Notes: generated by a model not told the origin, from the sequence alone. DNA of 64,000 nucleotides from Bacillota bacterium (GCA_023428025.1 JAEYZN010000039.1:9439-73438), one strand, 5' to 3'; counted from the stretch's first letter, positions 1 to 9,026 are shown. Numbers and translations: made by a program.

Positions 1-154
1 ATGCACTGGCCGTGCGGCACCACCTGCTGGACGATACGCAAGGAGACGCGCAGCTGGAAATGGACGGCGGTATCGTTCGCCGTGCCCACGGTATGCGGCA
101 TACTGGTGTGCTTCATCGTCGCGAATGCGGCAAGGCTGCTGGGGCTGGCATGAG
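1..154 (+). repeat. Direct-repeat copy A; also the 3' end of a CDS entering from upstream of the window (stop TGA 151-153)
   Basis: Frame 1 is open from base 1 and ends ...WKWTAVSFAVPTVCGILVCFIVANAARLLGLA. Bases 4-154 realign by eye with 729-876. Confidence 0.75.
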
Positions 155-254
155 TTGCGCCGCCTCCGTGTGGCGGTGGTACAGTGGGGAACGGTTTCGG
201 CCCGTTCCTCCCCTGCCGTGCAAAAGCCGTAAAACGGACATTTCGGCCCTCAAC

Positions 255-275
255 ATGATATAATATTAATATCAT
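255..275 (+). promoter_or_regulatory. Candidate promoter/operator of the antitoxin gene
   Basis: Palindrome ATGATAT-N7-ATATCAT overlapping a TATAAT box at 259-264, about 30 nt upstream of the start at 292. Confidence 0.5.
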
Positions 276-291
276 TTGTGAGGTGGAGACC

Positions 292-501
292 ATGGTCAAA
301 AGCGAAAAACTGACAAGACAGATTGCCGGTACGATGGCCATCGAGGGCATGCGACTCAGCAAAAAAGAAATTTCTCTTGTCAGGCAATGCGCCAGCGGAC
401 AGAAATCTTCCTCTGCAGTCATCAAGGAGCTTGTGAAAAAACATACTGTTGTGAAGCAGGCGCTCTTTTGTCTTATTCTTACGACTAGGGCTGTTTATTG
501 A
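292..501 (+). CDS. VbhA-like Fic antitoxin (small, probably with a non-native C-terminal extension)
   Basis: GAGGTGGAG RBS before ATG 292. The sequence TMAIEG fits the [S/T]xxxE[G/N] Fic-inhibitory motif. Small alpha-helical protein. Confidence 0.6.
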   Translation: MVKSEKLTRQIAGTMAIEGMRLSKKEISLVRQCASGQKSSSAVIKELVKKHTVVKQALFCLILTTRAVY

Positions 502-502
502 G

Positions 503-649
503 ATACTCGCCGACAGGGCCGGGTACGAAGTTGATTCCTCCGACGTTTCATCTGATGAGATGATAGCGGCAAGCTACCAGTCTTTTAACCAGCGTTACGA
601 TGACATGAACAAACTCATGCGGCGTATAACAACTCCAAAAGCAATATAG
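503..649 (+). pseudogene. C-terminal remnant of a Fic-domain toxin (active-site region deleted)
   Basis: Frame open only from 455, with no start codon. It reads ILADRAGYEVDSSDVSSDEMIAAS..., resembling the segment after the HPFxxGNGR loop of Fic proteins. TAG at 647-649. Confidence 0.45.
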
Positions 650-725
650 CTCCTCTGGCTCCCTCCTGAAACTCCTTTCAGAACATAGACACTGCACATC
701 CGCAGCGGGAGAAACGGCTCTCTCT

Positions 726-876
726 GTACCACTGGCCGCGCGGCACCACCTGCCGGACGATACGCCAGGAAACCCCGCAGCTATGGACGGCGGTGTTGTT
801 CGCCATGCCCACAGTGTGCGGCATACTGGTGGCTTCATCGTGGCAAATGCCGTGCGGCGGCGGGGTCTGGGGTGAG
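726..876 (+). repeat. Direct-repeat copy B of bases 1-154 (degenerate, frame broken by small indels)
   Basis: cactggccgcgcggcaccacctgccggacgatacgcc...ggcatactggtg aligns with copy A with scattered substitutions, a 3-nt gap and a 1-nt gap. Confidence 0.8.
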
Positions 877-961
877 GTAGATAGGGGCGGACGCCTCCCT
901 CCGGATTGCTCAGACGGACTCACCTGTACATTCCAAATATACCGCTTATGGTCAAGAACAA

Positions 962-1019
962 TTGACAAAAGCAAGGCGCTCCGCATATAATTGAACATGT
1001 ACAAAAACTGTTCAATTAT
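962..1019 (+). promoter_or_regulatory. TetR promoter with operator
   Basis: TTGACA 962-967, 18-nt spacer, TATAAT 986-991. Perfect inverted repeat ATAATTGAACA (987-997) / TGTTCAATTAT (1009-1019). Confidence 0.6.
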
Positions 1020-1038
1020 ATGCAGGCAGGGAGCGGTG

Positions 1039-1602
1039 ATGGGTTCTAAGAAAGAAGCGACCAAGAAAAAAATAATAGGCGCTACGCTGGATTTGCTTGA
1101 CCAATCAGAAAATCCGGAGGATATCACCGTTCGAAAGATAGCCGAAGCTGCCGGAATAGGACCGGGGTTGATCAGCTACCACTATCAGTCGAGAGATAAT
1201 CTGATCAATGAAGCCGTATCCATAAAGCTGATGTCTTTGGCGGCAATCATGGAGTAATGGGATGGAGACATGGGCGATCCTGTTAAATATCTGAAGGAAA
1301 TGCTTACAGCGCTGTCTGATATCGCCGCTAAAAATCATAAGCTTCGTCATTTTTCAATGGAGTATAGTTTATTGAAAGGTGATTATAAAATTTGCCTTTA
1401 TTTGCTTCCGGTTTTGAAGAAGATTTATAATGGCAGCAAATCAGAAACGGATTTACGTCTGATCGCCTTTCAGATAACCGCCATTATGCAAAGCGTATAT
1501 TTAGGGCCGGAATCGTTTCATATGCTGACCGGCATCAATGTTGAAATAAAAAATGAGCGAGATAATCTGATACATTCAATTGTGGATAACCTGATTAGAT
1601 AA
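1039..1602 (+). pseudogene. TetR/AcrR-family regulator interrupted by an in-frame TAA at 1255-1257
   Basis: The N-terminal HTH (TVRKIAEAAGIGPGLISYHYQSRDNL) and the C-terminal ligand-domain ORF (1270-1602) are in the same frame, separated by one stop. GGGAG RBS before ATG 1039. Confidence 0.8.
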
Positions 1603-1650
1603 ATTACAGAAAACGAACATATTATGGAGACTATTTCCGGAGATCAGAAT

Positions 1651-2349
1651 ATGAAAATAACCGTGATTTATGCGACACAGCGAAAATCGAAATCCAGCAC
1701 TTATAACCTTGCGCAGCGATTTATACGGCAACTATCCGAAACAGACAAGGTGACGGAATTTTTTCTGCCAAGAAATATGCCGCATTTTTGCGTGGGATGT
1801 TGGAATTGCTTCACCGATTTCAAATCATGTCCGAATTATGGCTATATCCAGCCGATCCTGGAATCCATGCTTGAGGCGGACCTGCTGATTTTTACGGCCC
1901 CTGTCTATGTCTATCACGTTCCCGGACAGATGAAGGCGTTCCTCGATCATTTTGGATATCAATGGATGCCGCATCAGCCAAGGAAGGAAATGTTCAGCAA
2001 GCAGGCGCTGCTCATCTCTACAGCCGCAGGGGCGGGCACAAGGTCTACCCTCAGGGATTTAAAAGACAGCATGACTTTCTGGGGGATTTCGCGCATCTAC
2101 ACTTTCGGGAAAAACGTTCATGCAAGCGATTGGACTCTTGTGAAGGACAAAAAAAAATCGCAGTTTCAAAGCGAAGCCGACAGGCTTTCGCTTAAAATAA
2201 AAGCGGAGAACAGAAATGTAAAACCCCATTTAAAGATCAAAGCCTTGTTCTACGCCATGAGATTCATGCACAAACGGTTTAAGATCAATCCCGCAGATGT
2301 ACGGTACTGGGAAGCGCAGGGGTGGCTGGGGAAAGAAAAGCCATGGTAG
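1651..2349 (+). CDS. Flavodoxin-fold NAD(P)H-dependent FMN reductase-like protein
   Basis: MKITVIYATQRKSKSSTY... is a typical flavodoxin-like N-terminus. GGAG RBS 8 nt upstream. The longer ORF start at 1624 is also possible. Confidence 0.7.
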   Translation: MKITVIYATQRKSKSSTYNLAQRFIRQLSETDKVTEFFLPRNMPHFCVGCWNCFTDFKSCPNYGYIQPILESMLEADLLIFTAPVYVYHVPGQMKAFLDHFGYQWMPHQPRKEMFSKQALLISTAAGAGTRSTLRDLKDSMTFWGISRIYTFGKNVHASDWTLVKDKKKSQFQSEADRLSLKIKAENRNVKPHLKIKALFYAMRFMHKRFKINPADVRYWEAQGWLGKEKPW

Positions 2350-2415
2350 TCCCCCTTCCTTTTTGTGGACCAGTCATAGAGTTTCGAACTATTATTTATA
2401 TAAGGGGTATTTTAA

Positions 2416-3564
2416 ATGGAAAAAGTGTACCGGCGTTTGGATTACATGGATAATCTACGCAGCCTGGTCATCATTCTGGTGGTACTGCAGCATCTGGCCG
2501 TGACCTACAGCAGCCTTGGAAGCTGGTATTACATGGACGGCGTCCCATTGTCGTTGGCGGAGACCGCCGTTTTCGGTTATTACCAGTCCTTCGTGCAGGG
2601 CTTTTTTATGGGTTTTCTCTTTCTGCTCTCCGGCTATTTCGTCCGTGCGTCCTATAACAAGAAGGGATTCATGGGCTTCGTCTGCGAGCGCCTGAAGCGT
2701 CTGGGGATTCCCGCGCTCATTTACATGCTGGTCATCAACCCGTTTATCCTCTATGTGCAGCTCGATCTCAGCTGGGTGCGGCCCAAGCCGTCGTTCTTCA
2801 GCTTTTATCTGGATCACCTCGCCAATTTCGATTTTCTGTCCGGCTCCGGCCCTCTCTGGTTCGCTATAGCGCTGCTCGTGTTCTCTGTCATCTACGCGCT
2901 TGTCCGGCTCATAAAAGGCCCGGGCAAAAAGGCGGCTGAATTGAAGCGGCCGCTTTACAGCTCTAAAAACGTGGTTTTCCTCATTTTTATCATCGCGCTG
3001 CTCGCATTCCTGACCAGGACCGTTCAGCCTGTCGGCACCAGTGTGATGAACATGCAGCTTTGTTATTTCGCCCAGTATATCTGCCTGTTTGCCGTGGGCA
3101 TCGTATTGGGCAAACACAAAGGCTTCGACACGATCGGCTACCGCTCCGGAATCAGATGGCTGCTCTCGGCCACGCCTCCGGCTTTTCTCTGCTGGGCGGT
3201 TATCATGCTTTTCGGCGGTGCGCTCGAGGGAGACTTAAGCTATAACGGCGGCTTTACCTGGCAAAGCGCGGCGTTTGCGCTCTGGGAATCCTTTATCGCT
3301 GTTGCGGTATCCGTCGGGCTTGTCGTCCTCTTCCGCGAGAAGCTAAACCGGAAAAACAAGCTGGCTGCGGTGCTTGCCGATAATTCCTTTGCGGTCTATA
3401 TGTTTCACGCGCCGGTCATCATTGCGGCGGCTCAGCTTGCCGCGCCGCTGACGCTGCCCCCCATCGTCAAGTTCCTGCTGCTTGCCGTGATATGCGTTCC
3501 GTTATGCTTCGCTGTCTGCCAGCTCATCATAAGAAAAATACCGCTGCTGAATAAGGTGTTATAG
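2416..3564 (+). CDS. Acyltransferase family 3 (OafA/OpgC-like) integral membrane protein
   Basis: RLDYMDNLRSLVIILVVLQH signature N-terminus, about 10 hydrophobic segments, AAGGGG RBS. Confidence 0.8.
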   Translation: MEKVYRRLDYMDNLRSLVIILVVLQHLAVTYSSLGSWYYMDGVPLSLAETAVFGYYQSFVQGFFMGFLFLLSGYFVRASYNKKGFMGFVCERLKRLGIPALIYMLVINPFILYVQLDLSWVRPKPSFFSFYLDHLANFDFLSGSGPLWFAIALLVFSVIYALVRLIKGPGKKAAELKRPLYSSKNVVFLIFIIALLAFLTRTVQPVGTSVMNMQLCYFAQYICLFAVGIVLGKHKGFDTIGYRSGIRWLLSATPPAFLCWAVIMLFGGALEGDLSYNGGFTWQSAAFALWESFIAVAVSVGLVVLFREKLNRKNKLAAVLADNSFAVYMFHAPVIIAAAQLAAPLTLPPIVKFLLLAVICVPLCFAVCQLIIRKIPLLNKVL

Positions 3565-3763
3565 AAGAAACAGCGCAAGCCCCGCCAGAAACTTATGGGC
3601 CGGATAATACCTGTGACCCCAATTCGGCCAAGAAACAGAAGATGTTTTTCTTTTGGGGCATTGGCCCCACCGTTTTGAATCAGGACAGGCAATCCGGAAC
3701 AAGAAAATTGGAATGTCCGGAACGCCTGCCTTTTTCGTTAAATCAAATAATTCAAAAATTCTC

Positions 3764-3794
3764 TTGCTCATGACGTAACGTCATATGTCATAAT
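3764..3794 (+). promoter_or_regulatory. MerR-type promoter with 19-bp spacer and central dyad
   Basis: TTGCTC 3764-3769, 19-nt spacer containing the perfect palindrome ATGACGTAACGTCAT (3770-3784), CATAAT 3789-3794. Confidence 0.65.
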
Positions 3795-3813
3795 GTTCAC
3801 AGAGGTGACGAAT

Positions 3814-4626
3814 ATGACTTCAAACGAGAAAACATATGGCATCGGAGAATTGGCGAAGGCGACCGGCTTAACCGTGCGCACATTGCAGCACTATGACAAC
3901 ATCGGGCTTTTGCCGCCATCGGGACGCACTGAGGGTGGACGCCGGTATTATACCGACAGCGATATGCTGAAGCTGACCCAGATCGTGTTCTATAAATCTG
4001 TCGGCATATCCCTGTCGGACATCCGCGAAAAGCTGTCGAATTCTCCCACGCCGGTTGAGCTGGAAGGCGTATTCAGCCGGCAGCTGACAGTGCTGTTAAA
4101 GAAAATTGACGCGCTGCATATGGCCCTGTCGGTACTGAGCTCCACGATTGATATTCTCAGATCCGGCGGCGAGCCGCCGTTTGAGACCCTGGCTCAGCTT
4201 ATACGCGCCATGGATGGCAGCAGTCTGAACGATTGGGCCGGCTTCGAGTTTGGCGCTGCGTTGAACGAAAGCCTTGAAGGGAGCGGGCTCACCACCCTGG
4301 GCGGCGCGATAGATTTCTATCACACCATGCGTGAACTGATGGTGGAGGCCGTGGCGCTCAGCAACACGAACACGGCAGCCGACAGCCCCGCCGCGCTGAA
4401 CCTTGGCCGGCGCTGGTGGGAGGAGGTCATCCTCAGGGTGACTGCCGGCGGCGATGATGCCGCTCTTGCTGCGCTGGCAGTCAACAATGACCGCGCAATG
4501 TGGCCGGAGGCCGACCGCAAGCTGTTTGAAGCCGCCGAACCGTTTATCGAAGCGGCTCTCGCCGCTTACATCGATAAAAACAAAATCGTCATATCCGTAC
4601 CCCAGCCAGGAGGTGATTCGCAATGA
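3814..4626 (+). CDS. MerR-family transcriptional regulator
   Basis: YGIGELAKATGLTVRTLQHYDNIGLL...GGRRYY HTH. AGAGGTGA RBS. The ORF-track start 3793 lies inside the -10 box, so 3814 is preferred. Confidence 0.9.
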   Translation: MTSNEKTYGIGELAKATGLTVRTLQHYDNIGLLPPSGRTEGGRRYYTDSDMLKLTQIVFYKSVGISLSDIREKLSNSPTPVELEGVFSRQLTVLLKKIDALHMALSVLSSTIDILRSGGEPPFETLAQLIRAMDGSSLNDWAGFEFGAALNESLEGSGLTTLGGAIDFYHTMRELMVEAVALSNTNTAADSPAALNLGRRWWEEVILRVTAGGDDAALAALAVNNDRAMWPEADRKLFEAAEPFIEAALAAYIDKNKIVISVPQPGGDSQ

Positions 4627-5504
4627 CCGAGAGCATTACCGTAAAAAATCTGTACAAATCGTATGGGAAAAAGCAGGTCCTGCGCGGTGTGTCGTTTCGC
4701 GTGAAGCAAGGCGAAACGTTTGGCCTGCTCGGCGTCAACGGCGCAGGCAAGACGACGGCCATTGAGTGCATAGAAAACATGCGCAAGCCCGACAGCGGCG
4801 AAGCCGTGGTCAACGGCACGCTCGGCATCCAACTCCAAAGCACGTCGTTACCCGAAGCCATGACTGCAAAAGAGGCCATGCAGGTTTTCTGTTCTTGGCA
4901 TAAAGTGCCGTATCGCGGCGCATTGCTGGAACGGTTCGATATGGCGGGCGAGTATTTGAATAAAACCTATGCGTCGCTCTCCACGGGAAGAAAGCGGAGG
5001 CTGCATCTGGCGCTCGCCCTGTGCCACAGCCCCAGCGTGCTGATTCTGGACGAGCCCACGGCAGGGCTTGACGTGGAGGGCAGAAACGCGCTGCACGCCG
5101 AGATACGCAAGCTGAACGCGGCGGGCGTGAGCATACTCATGGCCACCCACGACATGGCGGAGGCCGAAGCCTTATGCCATCATATCGCCATTTTGCGCGG
5201 CGGCGTGATCGCCCGCGAGGGGACGCCGATGGAGTTAACGGCAAACGCCAGCGTTCAAAGCCGCGTTTTCATAAAGACCCGCGGCAACAGCCTCGATGGT
5301 TTTGTGCCTGAGGGCGAACCTACAGCCGATGGTTACCTGTCCTTTCCGTGCAAAAGCGCCGCGGAATTCCTGTTGCCGCTGCTTTCGCATATTCGCGCAA
5401 GCCGCGACGATGTGATGGATTTGCGCGTGGAACGGGCAAGCATAGAGGATATTTTCCTTGAAGTCGCAGGCGAGAATCACCCGGCAGGAGGCGAGAAAAG
5501 ATGA
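4623..5504 (+). CDS. ABC transporter ATP-binding protein
   Basis: Walker A GVNGAGKTT, signature LSTGRKRRL, Walker B LILDEPT. ATGA start/stop overlap with merR. Confidence 0.95.
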   Translation: MTESITVKNLYKSYGKKQVLRGVSFRVKQGETFGLLGVNGAGKTTAIECIENMRKPDSGEAVVNGTLGIQLQSTSLPEAMTAKEAMQVFCSWHKVPYRGALLERFDMAGEYLNKTYASLSTGRKRRLHLALALCHSPSVLILDEPTAGLDVEGRNALHAEIRKLNAAGVSILMATHDMAEAEALCHHIAILRGGVIAREGTPMELTANASVQSRVFIKTRGNSLDGFVPEGEPTADGYLSFPCKSAAEFLLPLLSHIRASRDDVMDLRVERASIEDIFLEVAGENHPAGGEKR

Positions 5505-6220
5505 AGGCGTTTTTTATCCAGCTCTGGGTACAACTGAAAATGGACTTGAGGGACAAGGGCACTCTGATGGTCTATTACCTCGTACCGCTGGTGTTTTATC
5601 TGGTCATGGGGAGCATCATGAAAGCCATCGCCATGGACGCGCAAATCCCTCTGATTCTATCCATCACGATTTTTGCCCTGTCGATGTCGGCATTTTTGGG
5701 GATGCCGCAAAATCTGGTCAAAGCGCGTGAGCAGGGTATTCTGGAGGCGTACCGTGCCGCGGGCGTTCCGGCGTGGAGCTTGCCGCTGGCAACGATTATC
5801 CTGTCGACGCTGCACATGATGTTTGTGGCGATTGTCATCTTCGTTACCGCACCGTACCTGTTCGGTGCGGCGCTGCCGGAAAATATTCCGATACACTTTT
5901 TGGCTGTTCTGCTGGTTGCGCTTTGCTCGGAGGGCTTGGGCGCGCTGCTGGCCTGTCTGGTCAAAAAGCAGAACACCATGACATTGGCGGCGCAATGCCT
6001 GTTCTTGCCAAGCATCATGTTTTCGGGGATCATGTTTCCGGCACAGCTGCTGCCAAAACCCATGCAATGGCTGGGCATGGCCTTGCCCGCCACGCAGGGC
6101 GTGCGCCTGCTTGACGGCAGCGCGCTTGCCGCAGCGCCGCTTGCCATACTCTGCGGGCTGACCATTGCGTCCTTTGCGGCGTCAGCGGTCCTGTTCAAAC
6201 GGATTGGTATACGAAGGTAA
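5501..6220 (+). CDS. ABC-2 type transporter permease
   Basis: Six hydrophobic segments. ATGA overlap with the ATPase gene. Confidence 0.8.
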   Translation: MKAFFIQLWVQLKMDLRDKGTLMVYYLVPLVFYLVMGSIMKAIAMDAQIPLILSITIFALSMSAFLGMPQNLVKAREQGILEAYRAAGVPAWSLPLATIILSTLHMMFVAIVIFVTAPYLFGAALPENIPIHFLAVLLVALCSEGLGALLACLVKKQNTMTLAAQCLFLPSIMFSGIMFPAQLLPKPMQWLGMALPATQGVRLLDGSALAAAPLAILCGLTIASFAASAVLFKRIGIRR

Positions 6221-6638
6221 GACGTCTTTGAGCGATCGGAATGCCCGCAGCAAATTGGACAGGCTTTTCGGAGAGCCCCTTTTCTACAGGCATTTCCGCA
6301 TCCCTTCTCATAACCGCGCCCTGAACGGCTGCATCTATTTTGGCTACACGTTAAACAAACGGGCACTACACACCTGCTTTGCCTGATGCGGCTTTGCCGT
6401 AATGGTGCGGCTGTAACGGCAAAAGCAACAACAGCGGTCAAGGTTTTGGCCTTGGCTGCTGTAGATTGAAGCTGCAAATAAGCCGGCTGATAAGCATATC
6501 CTCTCATTTCTCTGCGCCCTTTTGCCATGCCATCATGTCCATGCACAGCAAATCCCAAGGTATTCAAAACACAAGCTTTGTACGGTAACCAGAGTTCTCT
6601 GATTTTTCCGGCAGTGTCGAATAATTTGTTTTTTTGTC

Positions 6639-6700
6639 TTGACAAGGCCGGATTACTGATGTAATCTACGGTTATATTATATAGGCTACATATGTAATCT
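6639..6700 (+). promoter_or_regulatory. blaI-like promoter with BlaI/CopY-type TACA/TGTA operators
   Basis: TTGACA 6639-6644, 17 nt, TAATCT 6662-6667. Dyad ATTAC-N4-GTAAT (6652-6665). TACATATGTA (6687-6696) lies inside CTACA...TGTAG. TGTAATCT occurs twice. Confidence 0.55.
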
Positions 6701-6716
6701 GTAGAGGGGGAATGTT

Positions 6717-7097
6717 ATGAATAAGCTGGCTGAAAGAATAGCAGATTCCGAACTCGAGGTCATGCGGGTGTTGTGGGATGCGAAGACCGCCTTGCCTGTT
6801 GCCGAGATTCGCAAAGAAATCTGTAAAAAGACCGGCTGGGAGGGTTCCACCGCCAAGACTTTGCTGTATCGCCTGCAAAGCAAGGGCGTGGTGGCGCAGG
6901 AAAGGCGGGAGGTGTACTACTACTCTCCCCGTGTCACGGAGGATGAATATAACGAGTATACGACGCAGACGCTGATCGATAAGCTCTATAAGGGCAGCGC
7001 GAAAAATCTGATCGCCTCGTTTATATCATCCAAAAAACTGAGCGACGACGATATCACCGAATTACAAAATATATTACGGGGCGGCAAGAAAAGATGA
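6717..7097 (+). CDS. BlaI/MecI/CopY-family transcriptional repressor
   Basis: SELEVMRVLW...TAKTLLYRLQSKGVV winged helix, 126 aa, AGAGGGGGA RBS. Confidence 0.9.
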   Translation: MNKLAERIADSELEVMRVLWDAKTALPVAEIRKEICKKTGWEGSTAKTLLYRLQSKGVVAQERREVYYYSPRVTEDEYNEYTTQTLIDKLYKGSAKNLIASFISSKKLSDDDITELQNILRGGKKR

Positions 7098-8932
7098 ACA
7101 ACACGATCCTGACCATTCTTTCGCTCAGCGCGTCCGGCTCAGTTCTGGCCCTGATCCTCCTTGCACTGCGGCCGCTTTTGAAAAACAAGGTCTCCAAAAC
7201 GTTCCAGTATTATATCTGGCTGCTGGTGCTGCTGCGGCTGGCGTTGCCGCTATCCTTTGACGGCAGCATCATGAGCCAGATCATTCCTCAAACGGGCATG
7301 ACACCGGTGCCGGTGGTTTCAACCCCTGACGATGGCAATGGAATAACGCAGGGGGATAATACACCGCAGGGCAATGAACCAAATACCCCGCCGGAGGTCG
7401 CGCCATCCGGCATGGCGCCGAATGGCAACGCTGCACCGAACCCGAACCTCCCGGCAGCGTCCGAACCCACGCGGTTCAACATTTGGCAGTTTGCTTTGGA
7501 CCATCTGACCGCCATATGGCTGCTGGGCGCGGCGCTGTATCTCGGCTGGTTTGTCACCGCTTATCTGCGTTTCAGCCGAAAACTCAGAAAAACCAGCATT
7601 CGGCCCCACCCCCAGGACATGGAGGTCTATGCCAAGCTGCGCAGCCATACGCGCGTGCGGCTGGTCTGCAATCCGTATATCAATACCCCCATGCTGATCG
7701 GGTTCTTATCCCCGTGCATCGTGATCCCGCAGCTGGCGTACGCCGAAAACGGAATGAAATCGGATCTCCGGCATATCCTGCGGCATGAGCTGACGCATTA
7801 CCGCCGCCGCGACCTGCTGTATAAATGGTTTGTCGTATTGGTCAGCGCTTTGCACTGGTTCAATCCGCTGATGGTCCTGGTGCGGCGGGAGGTCAGCCGG
7901 ACTTGCGAGCTGTCGTGTGACGAGGCGGTGATACGTTCCCTGGATGCCGCTGAGCGGCAGGATTACGGAGAGACCCTGCTCGCCATTGCGTCAAGCAAAC
8001 GGCTCCCCACCGGGGTCGTAACGACGACAATGTGTGAAGGAAAACGTGAATTGAAAGAAAGGTTGGAAAGCATCATGACATATAAAAGCAAAAGCGTATT
8101 CATGGTGGCCGTTTCTCTCATTTTGGCACTGTTGCTTGCCGGGTGCAGCGTGGCGCTTGGCGCGGCAAGCGTCACTCAAATGCCCGATGAAGCTTCTCTA
8201 TCCCCCACGGCAACGGACACGTCCGGTGTTTCAACAAGTCCTGATGTTGAAGCGTCCCCATCCCCCGCGGCAACGGATACTCCCGATGTTTCGACGATAC
8301 CCGGAGTTGAAGCGTCCCAGTCCCCCACAGCCACGGACGCCTCCGGTGCTCCGACAAGGCCTTCTTCTCCCAATAGTGCGGCGTTGGAAGCATATAATGC
8401 GGTATTACAGAATCAGGCTGAGTTTTTCAGCACCGATGTCAATAAAAATTTAAATATAAGCCAATTAAACCAAGCAATCAGTTCGGAAGTTGTTACCGTA
8501 GATGTGGCAAGCTTTGCCGTTATCGATATAGGACATGGAGGGGTGCCGGCAGTTATTCTATCGCTTAACGTGAATGGTAACGGTTATGGCGTTGAAGTTT
8601 TAAGCTATCAGGATGGTATCGTTTATGGTTACACTTTTTCCGGAAGACAGTTTGGCGATCTGAGGACTGACGGAACATTTGTAGCTTCCGGCGGTGCGGC
8701 TGACGTTGGCATCTGTACCATTGCTTTTGACAAAAACACATACTTGATCGATAAATTTACTTATAGCGAATCAAATACCGATTCAGAAAACAATATGAGC
8801 GTGTCTTACTTTGTTAATCATCAAAGCGCCACGGAAGATGAGTATAATGCGGCTTTCAGCCAATGGCAGAAGATACCGTATGTAACGTGGTACGATTTTA
8901 CTGCTGCTAATATGGGTACAAAGTTGTCTTAG
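7094..8932 (+). CDS. BlaR1-like M56 sensor metalloprotease fused to TM/linker/unknown C-terminal ectodomain
   Basis: HELTHYRRRD zinc motif, N-terminal TM helices, ATGA overlap with blaI. The C-terminal part is paralogous to 9030-9932. Confidence 0.9.
   Translation: MNNTILTILSLSASGSVLALILLALRPLLKNKVSKTFQYYIWLLVLLRLALPLSFDGSIMSQIIPQTGMTPVPVVSTPDDGNGITQGDNTPQGNEPNTPPEVAPSGMAPNGNAAPNPNLPAASEPTRFNIWQFALDHLTAIWLLGAALYLGWFVTAYLRFSRKLRKTSIRPHPQDMEVYAKLRSHTRVRLVCNPYINTPMLIGFLSPCIVIPQLAYAENGMKSDLRHILRHELTHYRRRDLLYKWFVVLVSALHWFNPLMVLVRREVSRTCELSCDEAVIRSLDAAERQDYGETLLAIASSKRLPTGVVTTTMCEGKRELKERLESIMTYKSKSVFMVAVSLILALLLAGCSVALGAASVTQMPDEASLSPTATDTSGVSTSPDVEASPSPAATDTPDVSTIPGVEASQSPTATDASGAPTRPSSPNSAALEAYNAVLQNQAEFFSTDVNKNLNISQLNQAISSEVVTVDVASFAVIDIGHGGVPAVILSLNVNGNGYGVEVLSYQDGIVYGYTFSGRQFGDLRTDGTFVASGGAADVGICTIAFDKNTYLIDKFTYSESNTDSENNMSVSYFVNHQSATEDEYNAAFSQWQKIPYVTWYDFTAANMGTKLS
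8037..8447 (+). repeat. Segmental duplication, copy 1 (inside the BlaR1-like gene)
   Basis: Aligns with 9027-9440 over about 410 bp. Most positions are identical by eye, with one 3-nt indel. Confidence 0.9.
8189..8368 (+). repeat. Three tandem 60-bp (20-aa) Pro/Thr/Ser-rich linker repeats
   Basis: EASLSPTATDTSGVSTSPDV / EASPSPAATDTPDVSTIPGV / EASQSPTATDASGAPTRPSS. Confidence 0.9.
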
Positions 8933-9026
8933 ATTTAGATTGCATCAATGCCTGTGAATTGGCCTTTGGAATGAATGTTTATAAACTGTTGCTGCTGAAT
9001 TTCTATCTATAAGTTTGGTTATTGCA

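Noticed and set aside
1255-1257. Stop-codon reassignment or programmed readthrough as an explanation for the in-frame TAA (1255) and TAG (49737).
   Set aside because: TAA, TAG and TGA all terminate well-supported genes in this window (for example 1600-1602, 2347-2349, 4624-4626). No pyl or suppressor tRNA genes are seen. Nonsense mutation or sequence error is simpler.
6221-6520. Strikingly Cys-rich translation on the minus strand (MRGYAYQ...CVVPVCLTCSQNRCSRSGRGYEKGCGNACRKGALRKACPICCGH) in the roughly 420-bp gap between the ABC permease and blaI.
   Set aside because: The frame has only a weak RBS and no stop codon until it has run about 600 bp antisense through the permease gene, so it cannot be a discrete peptide gene as it stands. 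The gap itself remains unexplained (possible degraded gene or sRNA).
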